DNA from: Actinobacteria bacterium UBA959
GTDB taxonomy: Bacteria; Actinomycetota; Actinomycetes; S36-B12; UBA5976
Direction of reading: 5' to 3'
DNA: 64,000 bases
Assembly (NCBI GenBank): GCA_002293025.1
Contig: DBCL01000015.1
Span: forward strand, 24,590 to 88,589
Shown here: piece by piece, positions 47,301-56,507 of the stretch
How the letters are laid out: each line of letters opens with the position of its first letter
Position numbering within the stretch: position 1 is the first letter of the stretch
The notes under the pieces: model-generated
The model's database searches: none
What the model was told of the DNA's origin: nothing
What the model saw: the letters and a program-made list of their open reading frames with translations, nothing else
Position numbers and translations under genes: made by a program

Positions 47301-48095
47301 GTGAGCGAGCGAATGTATACCGGTCAGTGGAAGGACCTAGCCAAACCTAAGAAGTCTCAGATTATTCCTTGGCCAGTATTTGTAGCCTCAATTGCCTTGA
47401 TGATTGCCTGGGTATTGTCAGATGGAGCTGCGCGCCATCCGTACACAATTGCAATTGTAATAACAACTGGCATCTCAGTTTTCTTATGGTCATGGGTTAA
47501 TCATGGAATTATCTGGACAAGTGCCGCACTAATAATCACCTACACCTTTACTTATTTGGTTGAGTTAGTTGGTGTCAATGCTGGAATTCCTTTTGGTGAG
47601 TATGTTTACGCAGACACGCTTGGCCCAAAAATTGCGAGTGTTCCAGCACTTGTGCCGATAGCTTGGTTTGCGATGGCAATTCCCACATTGGCGATTGTGC
47701 GAACATTTCAAAAATCTATTTTGACCACTGCACTATTTGGAGCAGTTGGGTTAACTGCTTGGGATTTTATGCTCGATCCATGGATGGTTAATGAAGGGCA
47801 TTGGACTTGGTCAAACCCTGATCCCATTCTTCCTGGTTTAACTGGTATTCCGCTCACTAATTTCATTGGTTGGCTAATAACATCATTCTTGTTGATGCTG
47901 CTCATTGACAGATTACCAAAAAGAAGCATCGTGAAAATGCGGCTTCCACTAGCAGTTTATTGTTGGCAGTGGCTTGGTGGAGTGATTGCAAATCTATTTT
48001 TCCTAGACCAAGCGATTGTTGCCCTATATGTAGGAGTTGGTATGGCGTTGATCGCTGCGCCAGCCTTGTTTACCCAATATCTCAAGTACCGCTAA
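47301..48095 (+). CDS. cruF: Carotenoid biosynthesis membrane protein, DUF422/CruF-like (carotenoid 1,2-hydratase family)
   Basis: 264 aa polytopic membrane protein. GIPFGEYVYADTLGPKI..VPALVPIAWF and LTAWDFMLDPWMVNEGHWTWSN match the PF04240-type pattern as recalled. Confidence 0.65.
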   Translation: MSERMYTGQWKDLAKPKKSQIIPWPVFVASIALMIAWVLSDGAARHPYTIAIVITTGISVFLWSWVNHGIIWTSAALIITYTFTYLVELVGVNAGIPFGEYVYADTLGPKIASVPALVPIAWFAMAIPTLAIVRTFQKSILTTALFGAVGLTAWDFMLDPWMVNEGHWTWSNPDPILPGLTGIPLTNFIGWLITSFLLMLLIDRLPKRSIVKMRLPLAVYCWQWLGGVIANLFFLDQAIVALYVGVGMALIAAPALFTQYLKYR

Positions 48096-48115
48096 CCGCC
48101 GCTATCGTAAAGGCC

Positions 48116-49255
48116 ATGGGCCGGTTATTTCATGCGATAGTACTGAGGATTGTGCAGCTTGGATCCTTGCTTGCGGTTGGTCTAACAGCCCACACTTTTG
48201 TTAATTCAAAACTTCTAAAACAGGCAAGCTCGCCAGGATTAGTCTTTGAGAAAGTAAGCATTTTGCTTCCAGTGCTTAATGAAGCAAGCCGTGTGGCCCC
48301 TACCTTGCAATCCATATTGAGTCAACAGAACCTGCAAAACTTAGAATTTATTATTAGAGACGATGGATCTGATGATGGAACGGTCGCTCTGATCCAACAC
48401 ATGACAAAACATTCGACATTTGAAGTTAAGTTGATTGAGAAAGACATTGACACACCAGATGGTTGGATAAGTAAGTCTTGGAGCTGCCAGAAAATGGCCG
48501 AAGAGTCTTCTGGCTCAGTACTGGTATTTATTGACGCTGATGTAACTTTCGCACCAGATGCAATTTCAAGAGCAGTTCGAACTCTTCGTGAATTGAATTT
48601 GAGTCTAATTTCACCCTACCCAAAGCAAGTTGCCCTCACTTGGTCAGAGCGCCTAGTTCAGCCGCTCCTGCAATGGTCCTGGCTAACATTCTTGCCGCTT
48701 GGCATCGCCAAAAAATCTAGTAATCCAGCGCTGGCCGCTGCTAATGGTCAATTTTTAGTTGTTGATCGTGAAATGTATTTCCAATCTGGGGGGCACGCTG
48801 CAACTCCTGCTGATGTTTTTGATGACATTGCATTACTGCGAGCGATAAAGACTGCTGGTGGAAAAGGTGTAGTAATTGATGGAACAGACATGGCTAGCAC
48901 CAGGATGTATCGAAACTCTCTTGAGTTAACCAATGGATATGCCAAGTCCTTGTGGTCAGCGTTTGGTGGTCGTACCAAATCTCGAGTATTGATGGGCACT
49001 TTATCCTTAATCTACATAGTGCCCGCTGTAGCTGCCCTGACTAAAACAACAGCACCAATTCGAAGAGCTGGTGCTGTTGGCTACTTAGCTGGAATTCTGG
49101 GAAGGGTCATTACTGCCAATCGGACTGGTGCAAAAAGCATGCCAGATGCAATCTCACATCCAATTTCCATTGCTTCACTTGCTATCTTGAATGAGTATTC
49201 CTGGATACAACGTGTTCGCGGCAAACTTCGCTGGCGTGGAAGAAAAATCCCATGA
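48116..49255 (+). CDS. Family 2 glycosyltransferase (carotenoid glycosyltransferase candidate)
   Basis: VSILLPVLNEA, IIRDDGSDDGT, FIDADV (DxD). C-terminal TM segments. The track ORF from 47960 overlaps cruF. ATG at 48116 chosen. Confidence 0.75.
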   Translation: MGRLFHAIVLRIVQLGSLLAVGLTAHTFVNSKLLKQASSPGLVFEKVSILLPVLNEASRVAPTLQSILSQQNLQNLEFIIRDDGSDDGTVALIQHMTKHSTFEVKLIEKDIDTPDGWISKSWSCQKMAEESSGSVLVFIDADVTFAPDAISRAVRTLRELNLSLISPYPKQVALTWSERLVQPLLQWSWLTFLPLGIAKKSSNPALAAANGQFLVVDREMYFQSGGHAATPADVFDDIALLRAIKTAGGKGVVIDGTDMASTRMYRNSLELTNGYAKSLWSAFGGRTKSRVLMGTLSLIYIVPAVAALTKTTAPIRRAGAVGYLAGILGRVITANRTGAKSMPDAISHPISIASLAILNEYSWIQRVRGKLRWRGRKIP

Positions 49256-50745
49256 CCAAGATAGCTGTTATTGGATCAGGGGTTGGTGGTCTCGCAGTTG
49301 CTGCGAGATTGCAAGCGTTGGGACACGCAGTCACCGTATTCGAAAAGCAAGCAACATTTGGTGGCAAGTTAGCTAGATTCGAAAAAGAAGGCTACGTATT
49401 CGATTTGGGACCATCTCTTTTCACTTTGCCTGCTGTTTACAGGGACCTGTTCGATCGAACTGGAAAACCTCTTGATGATCAAATTGAGATCGTGGCACCA
49501 AGTCCAGCATTTCGGTACCAATTTCCTGATGGCCAAGTCGTTAAGTTGCCCGCTTCTGATCCAGGCAGAATTGCTGGCGCCTTAGGTGCAGCGCTTGGTT
49601 CAGCCGCCACGACACAATGGTTGTCACTGATCAAACACGCAGCTCAGATTTGGCAGTTAACTAGAGTGCCAATATTAGAAAGTCCGCTAAATGGCTGGCG
49701 AGATCTGATTCCATTAGCTAAAAACCCACTGAATTTATTCAAAGTTCGGCCGTGGCAATCACTTAGAAGAGTTGCCAATCAACATCTAAAGGATCCAAGA
49801 TTAATTATGCTGCTTGATCGTTACGCCACATACACTGGATCTGATCCAAGAAAAGCTCCCGCAGCTCTCATTACAGTTCCTTATCTAGAGCAAAACTTTG
49901 GAGCTTGGCACATATCTGGGGGGATTCATCAACTAGGTGTTGCAATTTATGGCCGATGCAATGAACTAGGTGTTGAGTTTAGATTTAACACCCAAGTGCA
50001 GAAGATTCAAACTCAAGGTAACTCAGTTAAGTCTATCATTTTAGACACGGGCGAGGAGATAGAATTTGACCTGGTAGTTTCTAACACAGACGCCCAACTA
50101 CTTTACAGCAAACTAATTGATCATCCGTTAGCCAAAAAAGCATTACAGAGACTGACCAAAAGCACCCCATCTTTATCTGGTTTTGTTTTACTGCTAGCAG
50201 TGGAAGGGGAAACTCCTGATATTGAACATCACAATGTCTGGTTCCCCGCTGATTATGATGCTGAATTTGACCAAATCTTTAGCAAGCATCCTCAGCCGGT
50301 TACTGACCCCACTATTTATGCATGTGTGCCTGACGACGCATCAATGAGACCAAATGCGAACAGTGAGTCTTGGTTTGTCTTGGTTAATGCTCCAAGGCAC
50401 GGAGTTGGTCCTGGTTTAGTAGATTGGAATCAGCCAGGCATGAAAGAAAATTATGCTAAAAATATCCTAAGCAGATTAACTGATCGTGGAGTCAACTTAG
50501 AAGGCAGAATAAAGTGGCAGCAGATTAGAACTCCGGCAGATTTAGAATCTGAATTCAATGCTCCCGGAGGATCAATTTATGGATCTAGTAGTAATGGGGC
50601 ACGAGCTGCTTTTCTGCGACCAATGAATAAAAGTTCGATTAATGGACTTTATTTGGTTGGTGGGAGTTCTCACCCAGGAGGGGGCTTGCCACTTGTTGGT
50701 TTATCTGCTCGAATTGTTGCGAATTTGATTGGTAAAGCGAAGTAG
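49252..50745 (+). CDS. Phytoene desaturase-family FAD oxidoreductase, CrtD-like (hydroxycarotenoid 3,4-desaturase candidate)
   Basis: 497 aa. Dinucleotide fold IAVIGSGVGGLAVAARL, C-terminal GLYLVGGSSHPGGGLPLVGLSA typical of the CrtI/CrtD family. It is a second paralogue besides crtI at 53309. Confidence 0.65.
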   Translation: MTKIAVIGSGVGGLAVAARLQALGHAVTVFEKQATFGGKLARFEKEGYVFDLGPSLFTLPAVYRDLFDRTGKPLDDQIEIVAPSPAFRYQFPDGQVVKLPASDPGRIAGALGAALGSAATTQWLSLIKHAAQIWQLTRVPILESPLNGWRDLIPLAKNPLNLFKVRPWQSLRRVANQHLKDPRLIMLLDRYATYTGSDPRKAPAALITVPYLEQNFGAWHISGGIHQLGVAIYGRCNELGVEFRFNTQVQKIQTQGNSVKSIILDTGEEIEFDLVVSNTDAQLLYSKLIDHPLAKKALQRLTKSTPSLSGFVLLLAVEGETPDIEHHNVWFPADYDAEFDQIFSKHPQPVTDPTIYACVPDDASMRPNANSESWFVLVNAPRHGVGPGLVDWNQPGMKENYAKNILSRLTDRGVNLEGRIKWQQIRTPADLESEFNAPGGSIYGSSSNGARAAFLRPMNKSSINGLYLVGGSSHPGGGLPLVGLSARIVANLIGKAK

Positions 50746-51354
50746 CACCAAAACTGCTGACCCAGCAGCCAGAAGCGCCATTATCAATGCACCCATTGAA
50801 GTAATTAACTCCCACTCGGATTGCAGTGGCATTGCAAACGACAGCATTGAAAACATGATTACCCGGGTTGGGCGTTCCGCCACAGTTACTGCGCCAACAC
50901 TAGTGACGCCTAAGCTTTGACCCTTGGTTCGGAAATACTCCAAACAGAAAATGCTAAAGACTGCAGCCAGGACGAAATAAATATTTGCCCCAGCACTAAG
51001 AAGTGCTAGGAACCAAGATGTCTCAGCAATTCGATCAACAACTGCATCTAGAACTGCACCAAACTTAGATCTCTTATTTTGTATTGTGGCTACAGCTCCA
51101 TCAATCCCATCCAAAAAAGTACTAAATCCAGCCAGCAACCCCGCAAATACCCATACCTGGTTTATAAAAAGCAATGATGCCAAGATTGCCAAGAGTCCGC
51201 CTAGCAATGTTATTAAATTAGGATGGATCTTAAGCTTCACAAAAGGTTTGGCTAACAAGTAAATTACAGTCAAGAAAGCTCTCACAGGCAAACTTGGGCT
51301 GACTAAATGATTCGCTCCCCAATGATCTATATATTCGATTCTGCTAGAAATCAT
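50701..51354 (-). CDS. CDP-alcohol phosphatidyltransferase family protein
   Basis: 217 aa membrane protein. DGIDGAVAT-x8-GAVLDAVVDR fits D-G-x2-A-R-x8-G-x3-D-x3-D with Thr in place of Arg. The 3' end overlaps the crtD-like gene by 45 nt (convergent). Confidence 0.7.
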   Translation of the reverse strand: MISSRIEYIDHWGANHLVSPSLPVRAFLTVIYLLAKPFVKLKIHPNLITLLGGLLAILASLLFINQVWVFAGLLAGFSTFLDGIDGAVATIQNKRSKFGAVLDAVVDRIAETSWFLALLSAGANIYFVLAAVFSIFCLEYFRTKGQSLGVTSVGAVTVAERPTRVIMFSMLSFAMPLQSEWELITSMGALIMALLAAGSAVLVLLRFTNQIRNNSSR

Positions 51355-52265
51355 GACTGCAGATTCATAAATACTTCGCGTGATGCTGATGATCTATTCA
51401 TTGTGTAAAAGTGAATTCCTGGAGCACCGCCAGCTAGCAGCTCGGCAGATAAATTGGTTGCTACCTCAACTCCTCTTTTTGCAACTTCAACTGGCTGTGT
51501 TGATCCCTCTTTCAAGTATTTTAAAATCTCAGGGGGCATTTCGCTGCCACTTAATTGAGCAAACTTTAGAATTTGTTTTTCGTCAGTTAAAGGCATAACC
51601 CCAGGAATTATCGGAATTGTGCAGCCATATGCTCGAGCTCGGTCCACGAGAGCGAAATAAGAGTCAGGCTTAAAGAACAATTGGGTAATAGCCATAGTTG
51701 CACCAGCATCTTGTTTTTTGGCGAGCACCTCAGCATCAAACTCAAGTGAGCTGGACTCAGGATGTTTATCTGGGAATGCCGCCACCCCAATTTCTTTCAT
51801 ACCAAGTTCTCGTGCTAACTCAACTAACTCAACAGCATGTGTGAAACCTGATGGGTGCGGCTCCCATGGTTTATCAAGGCCACCTGGAGGATCTCCACGT
51901 AATGCCATGAGCGAGGTCACTCCGCTGCTGAGTAATAGGTTGATGATTTCACTAAGTTCTGTGCCACTTGATCCAACACATGTCAAATGCGCTACTGGCT
52001 TTAGTTTTGTCTCATTGACAATGCGCTCAGTTACTCTAAGTGTTCGATCTCGAGTTGACCCTCCAGCGCCGTAAGTCACTGAAACGAAGTTTGGGTTTAA
52101 CGGCTCCAACTCTCGAATGGCATCCCAGAGTCGGATCTCCCCTTCATTGGTGGCTGGCGGGAAGAACTCAAAGGAGAACTGGGCTGGCTGGCTTTGGGTC
52201 ACGGCGGCAAGGTTAGCCCTTTTAGGGGAGGCGGTACGGTTTCCGCATGTCGAACCAGTTGTCAC
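51351..52265 (-). CDS. metF: 5,10-methylenetetrahydrofolate reductase MetF
   Basis: FSFEFFPP, VTYGAGGSTRDRT. The track start (GTG 52265) overlaps the divergent polyprenyl synthase ORF. An in-frame GTG at 52202 (MTQSQPAQFSFEFFPP) is an alternative. Confidence 0.9.
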   Translation of the reverse strand: MTTGSTCGNRTASPKRANLAAVTQSQPAQFSFEFFPPATNEGEIRLWDAIRELEPLNPNFVSVTYGAGGSTRDRTLRVTERIVNETKLKPVAHLTCVGSSGTELSEIINLLLSSGVTSLMALRGDPPGGLDKPWEPHPSGFTHAVELVELARELGMKEIGVAAFPDKHPESSSLEFDAEVLAKKQDAGATMAITQLFFKPDSYFALVDRARAYGCTIPIIPGVMPLTDEKQILKFAQLSGSEMPPEILKYLKEGSTQPVEVAKRGVEVATNLSAELLAGGAPGIHFYTMNRSSASREVFMNLQS

Positions 52266-53305
52266 AGCTTAGGTCTGAGGTGGACCGAGAGATTGCTGCC
52301 TTTCTAGATCAAAAGCAGCCCGTGCTAGCCCAGATAAGTGCCGATGGGTCTGTGTTGCTAGATAGCATCCGCGATTTTGTCGCTGGCGGCAAAAGATTGC
52401 GCCCAATTTTTCTGCTTACTGGTTGGCTAGCTACCGGCTCCCCGCTAACAAAATCTGCATATCAAGCAGGTGCTGCCTTAGAACTCTTGCAAGCTTGCGC
52501 CTTAATCCATGATGACGTTATGGACTCCAGCGACACGAGAAGAGGTAGGCCTGCTACTCACCGAGAGTTTGCTACTTACCACCGAGGGCACAAGTGGTCA
52601 GGTTCTTCCGAAGTATTTGGAACTGGGGCAGCCATTTTACTTGGAGATTTATGCCTGTCATGGGCAGATGAATTACTCATGTCAATTGAATTAGAACAGG
52701 TGAATAAAGACTTAGGTAAAGAAGTTTATGACTTAATGCGCACTGAGTTGATGATTGGACAATACTTAGATTTGTTAGAACAAGCGCGAGGCGGCGGATC
52801 GATTGAACGTGCCTACCAGGTGATTCAGTATAAATCTGCAAAATACACAATAGAACGTCCGCTTCACTTAGGTGCAGTACTTGCAGGTGGATCCAATCAA
52901 TTATTAGAGGTGCTCACCCAGTATGGATTAACTTTGGGCGAAGCATTTCAACTTAGAGATGATGTCCTTGGCGTGTTTGGCGATCCTTCCCAAACCGGGA
53001 AGCCTGCCGGAGACGACTTACGTGAGGGAAAGCAGACAGTATTGATTGCTGAAACTTTAAGAACTGCATCTGCAACCGAGCAAGAGGAGATTGCTTATCA
53101 CCTAGGGAATCCAGCCATTGATGAACATGAAATTGCTAACTTACGCAAAATCATTACCAGCACGAAAGCCTTAGACCGGGTTGAAGAACAAATCTCGAGC
53201 AAGACCGCACTAGCCAAGCAGGCGGCTGAGTCCAAGATCATCCCCCAAGATGTCTCCAAATTGCTTTTTCAACTAGCGGATGCCGCTACTTCACGGAATG
53301 TTTAG
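52247..53305 (+). CDS. crtE: Polyprenyl (geranylgeranyl) diphosphate synthase CrtE/IdsA-type
   Basis: 352 aa. First Asp-rich motif LIHDDVMDSSDTRRG and second FQLRDDVLGVFGD. Followed by crtI and crtB. Confidence 0.8.
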   Translation: MSNQLSQLRSEVDREIAAFLDQKQPVLAQISADGSVLLDSIRDFVAGGKRLRPIFLLTGWLATGSPLTKSAYQAGAALELLQACALIHDDVMDSSDTRRGRPATHREFATYHRGHKWSGSSEVFGTGAAILLGDLCLSWADELLMSIELEQVNKDLGKEVYDLMRTELMIGQYLDLLEQARGGGSIERAYQVIQYKSAKYTIERPLHLGAVLAGGSNQLLEVLTQYGLTLGEAFQLRDDVLGVFGDPSQTGKPAGDDLREGKQTVLIAETLRTASATEQEEIAYHLGNPAIDEHEIANLRKIITSTKALDRVEEQISSKTALAKQAAESKIIPQDVSKLLFQLADAATSRNV

Positions 53306-53308
53306 CCC

Positions 53309-54841
53309 ATGACAAACTTATTGAACATACTTTCTAGGGACCCACAAACCGTCTCTGGCCCAAACGAGAACATCGTAATTGTTGGTGCAGGGCTGGCTGG
53401 TTTGTCTGCTGCGATGCGGCTTCGAGGGGCTGGCAAAAATGTAACTGTGGTTGAGCGAGAATCTGTTCCCGGTGGTCGCGCAGGCCTATTACAAAAAGAT
53501 GGCTTCTCATTCGATACTGGTCCATCCGTTTTAACTATGCCAGATTTGATTGCAGATTGTTTCGATTCACTGGGTGAAGATATGCAAGATTGGCTGAACC
53601 TAAAGCCAGTTGAACCTCTCTATAGATCGTTTTATCCAGATGGTTCTGTCCTGGATGTGCACTCAGATCCAGCTCGAATGGCTGTTGAGATTGAACAAAT
53701 CATTGGCCCAGAAGAGGCTGCTGGCTATTTGAAGTATGTTGATTTTGTTAGCAAGCTTTACAAATATGAGATGAAAGATTTTATCGACAGAAATATTGAT
53801 TCTCCTTTAGATTTGCTAACACCAAACCTAATGAGATTGATTCAAGTTGGAGCATTCAAAAAACTTGCGCCTAAGGTGAGTCAGTATCTAAAGGATCCAA
53901 GAACCCAGCGGGTTTATTCCTTCCAAGCTATGTATGCAGGACTTTCACCTTACAAAGCTCTGGCCATCTATGCCGTTATTGCATACATGGACTCAGTAGC
54001 TGGAGTTTATTTCCCAGAAGGTGGCATGCATGCAGTTCCGAGGGCCATGGCAGATGCTGCAACTGAGCATGGAGTCACTTTTAAGTACAACACTGAAGTC
54101 GTAACAGTTGAGCGCACAAGTCGTCGCGCTACTGCCGTTATAACCAAAGATGGTGAACGAATTCCAGCTGATGTAGTGATCTTGAACCCAGATTTGCCAA
54201 TCGCATATCGAGATCTCCTTGGGCACACACCAGTGTCGGTTTCGCGACTGACCTACAGTCCCTCTTGCGCAGTCTTACTTGCAGGATCCTCGGCCAAGTT
54301 CAATAAAATTGCTCATCACAATATTCACTTTGGCAATTCTTGGCGAGGAGTATTTGATGATCTGATCAAACATAAGAAATTGATGTCAGACCCAAGCATT
54401 TTGGTGACTAACCCAACTAGATCAGACCCGTCACTAGCACCTACTGGTAAAGAGATTTACTACATCCTGTTCCCTACTCCAAATCTTGATTCAAACTATG
54501 ACTGGAAGAAACTTGGTCCACGCTATCGTGATGAAATGTTGCGTGTCCTCGAAGAGCGGGGCTATGTTGGTTTAACTGAATCGATAGTCACTGAAGCACT
54601 GACTACTCCACAAGACTGGGCTGACCAAGGAATGGAACGTGGCGCCCCATTTGCTTCGGCCCATTCATTTTTCCAAACAGGGCCATTTAGACCAAAGAAC
54701 CTATATGGCGAAAACATCGTCTTCACGGGTTCGGGCACCACTCCTGGAGTTGGCGTGCCAATGGTTTTAGTTTCAGGACGACTTGCAGCAGAGCGAGTAC
54801 TTGGAAAAGATTCTTCATATAAGTCTCGCGCTTGGAGTTAA
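53309..54841 (+). CDS. crtI: Phytoene desaturase CrtI
   Basis: 510 aa. IVIVGAGLAGLSAAMRL, and C-terminal FTGSGTTPGVGVPMVLVSGRLAAE. Confidence 0.85.
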   Translation: MTNLLNILSRDPQTVSGPNENIVIVGAGLAGLSAAMRLRGAGKNVTVVERESVPGGRAGLLQKDGFSFDTGPSVLTMPDLIADCFDSLGEDMQDWLNLKPVEPLYRSFYPDGSVLDVHSDPARMAVEIEQIIGPEEAAGYLKYVDFVSKLYKYEMKDFIDRNIDSPLDLLTPNLMRLIQVGAFKKLAPKVSQYLKDPRTQRVYSFQAMYAGLSPYKALAIYAVIAYMDSVAGVYFPEGGMHAVPRAMADAATEHGVTFKYNTEVVTVERTSRRATAVITKDGERIPADVVILNPDLPIAYRDLLGHTPVSVSRLTYSPSCAVLLAGSSAKFNKIAHHNIHFGNSWRGVFDDLIKHKKLMSDPSILVTNPTRSDPSLAPTGKEIYYILFPTPNLDSNYDWKKLGPRYRDEMLRVLEERGYVGLTESIVTEALTTPQDWADQGMERGAPFASAHSFFQTGPFRPKNLYGENIVFTGSGTTPGVGVPMVLVSGRLAAERVLGKDSSYKSRAWS

Positions 54842-54842
54842 G

Positions 54843-55751
54843 TTGAAACGCGGCGCTTTAATCAAGGCTGGGATTCAAGATCCAATTCTGCAGCAGTCCT
54901 ATGAGTTGTGTCGCAAACTTAATAAGAAGCACGGTAAAACTTACTATCTAGCCACGTTGTTGCTCCCACCTGCCAAGAGACCTTTTGTACACGCACTATA
55001 TGGATTTGCCAGATATGCAGATGAGATTGTGGATGATCTAGCTAGCACTTTAACCCCTCAGCAGAAGGCTGAAGCCCTTAAATCTTGGGGAGATCAGGTG
55101 TTATCAGATCTGCGCAACCAGAAATCTAGCGATCCAATTGCGATGGCCTTAGTTGATACTGTAACTCGCTGGCAGATTCCAATTGAACATTTTGAAGCCT
55201 TCTTAAAGTCCATGACTATGGATTTAACGATTTCGGAGTATGAAACTTTTGATGATCTTTACCAATATGTTTACGGCTCTGCTGCGGTAATTGGCTTGCA
55301 GATGGTTCCTATTCTTGAGCCATTAAGTGATAAAGCCTATGAACCTGCAAAGGATCTAGGGGTAGCCTTCCAGTTAGCCAATTTCATTAGAGATATAAAC
55401 GAAGATTTAGATCGTGGTCGAATTTATCTACCACTTGCTGACCTAGCGAAATTCAATGTGACTAAAGCCGACCTGGAGGCTCGGAGGTTAACTCCTGCTA
55501 TCAAAGAACTAATCAAGTATGAAATAGCAAGGGTTAAAGAACTTGAATCTAGGTCAATTCCAGGAATTTCACTGCTACATCCCTCCTCTAGGCCTTGTAT
55601 TGAAGCTGCCCAGATTCTCTACTGTGGAATAGTTGATGAAGTCGAACGAATTGATTACCAAGTCTTTGACAAGCGCGCCAAAGTGAGTTTAGGTAAGAGG
55701 TTGTTTGTATTTATCAATAAGTTTTTCGAAGCTAGACGTCATCGTAACTAA
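54843..55751 (+). CDS. crtB: Phytoene synthase CrtB
   Basis: YLATLLLPPAKRPFVHALYGFARYADEIVDD, YVYGSAAVIGLQM, FQLANFIRDINEDLDRGRIYLP. The track ORF from 54783 overlaps crtI. TTG at 54843 follows GGAG with 5-nt spacing. Confidence 0.88.
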   Translation: MKRGALIKAGIQDPILQQSYELCRKLNKKHGKTYYLATLLLPPAKRPFVHALYGFARYADEIVDDLASTLTPQQKAEALKSWGDQVLSDLRNQKSSDPIAMALVDTVTRWQIPIEHFEAFLKSMTMDLTISEYETFDDLYQYVYGSAAVIGLQMVPILEPLSDKAYEPAKDLGVAFQLANFIRDINEDLDRGRIYLPLADLAKFNVTKADLEARRLTPAIKELIKYEIARVKELESRSIPGISLLHPSSRPCIEAAQILYCGIVDEVERIDYQVFDKRAKVSLGKRLFVFINKFFEARRHRN

Positions 55752-55761
55752 TAAAGCGTTC

Positions 55762-56505
55762 TTAGTGGATGGTAACCCCACCATCAATGAAGATGGTTTG
55801 CCCAGTAACCATCCCAGCGCTGGGACTTAAGAGAAATAAAACTGACTCAGCCACGTCTTCCTGACTGGCCATTCGACCAAGTGGAATCGAGGCCATCTTG
55901 TCTTTCATATACTCATCATTAGTCAGTAGAGGCGCTGTCATATCACTTGGCACAATCGTTGGACCAACCGCATTTACCCGAATACCATCGCTTGCCCACT
56001 CAAAGGCGAGAGCTTTTGCCATGAACATCACTCCTGCTTTACTTACAGAATATCCAACAGTGTTGTGAACCGCAGAGTGACCACTTGTTGAACCAAGATG
56101 CACAATGCTTCCCTTAGATTTCTTTAACTCAGGATAAGCAGCCTGAGACATAAAGAAGGTGCCATTTAGATTGATATCTATGACATCTGTGAAGTCTTTC
56201 TCAGACACTTCACTTGCTTTCCCTCGTCGAACAATTCCAGCATTGTTAACTAGGCAATCCAGCCTGCCATGCTCTGCAACAACTTTCGCAATTAGGTCAA
56301 AGCAGGATTCTCGAGATCGAACATCCACAAAATGTCTACTATGGGGTTGTCCTAATTCATTAGTCCACTCAGACTCCGGCAACAAATCAGCATTAGCCAC
56401 AATGGCACCCCGCTCAGCAAGAGTTTTTGCAATGGTTGCACCTATGCCGCGCGCAGCGCCAGTCACTAGGGCAACTTTCCCAGAAAAACTGTGTGAATCA
56501 ACCAA
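55762..56505 (-). CDS. Short-chain dehydrogenase/reductase (SDR, FabG-like)
   Basis: 247 aa. VALVTGAARGIGATIA, NNAG, and the catalytic YSVSKAG. Last gene of the ABC importer operon. Confidence 0.85.
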   Translation of the reverse strand: MVDSHSFSGKVALVTGAARGIGATIAKTLAERGAIVANADLLPESEWTNELGQPHSRHFVDVRSRESCFDLIAKVVAEHGRLDCLVNNAGIVRRGKASEVSEKDFTDVIDINLNGTFFMSQAAYPELKKSKGSIVHLGSTSGHSAVHNTVGYSVSKAGVMFMAKALAFEWASDGIRVNAVGPTIVPSDMTAPLLTNDEYMKDKMASIPLGRMASQEDVAESVLFLLSPSAGMVTGQTIFIDGGVTIH

Positions 56506-56507
56506 AA

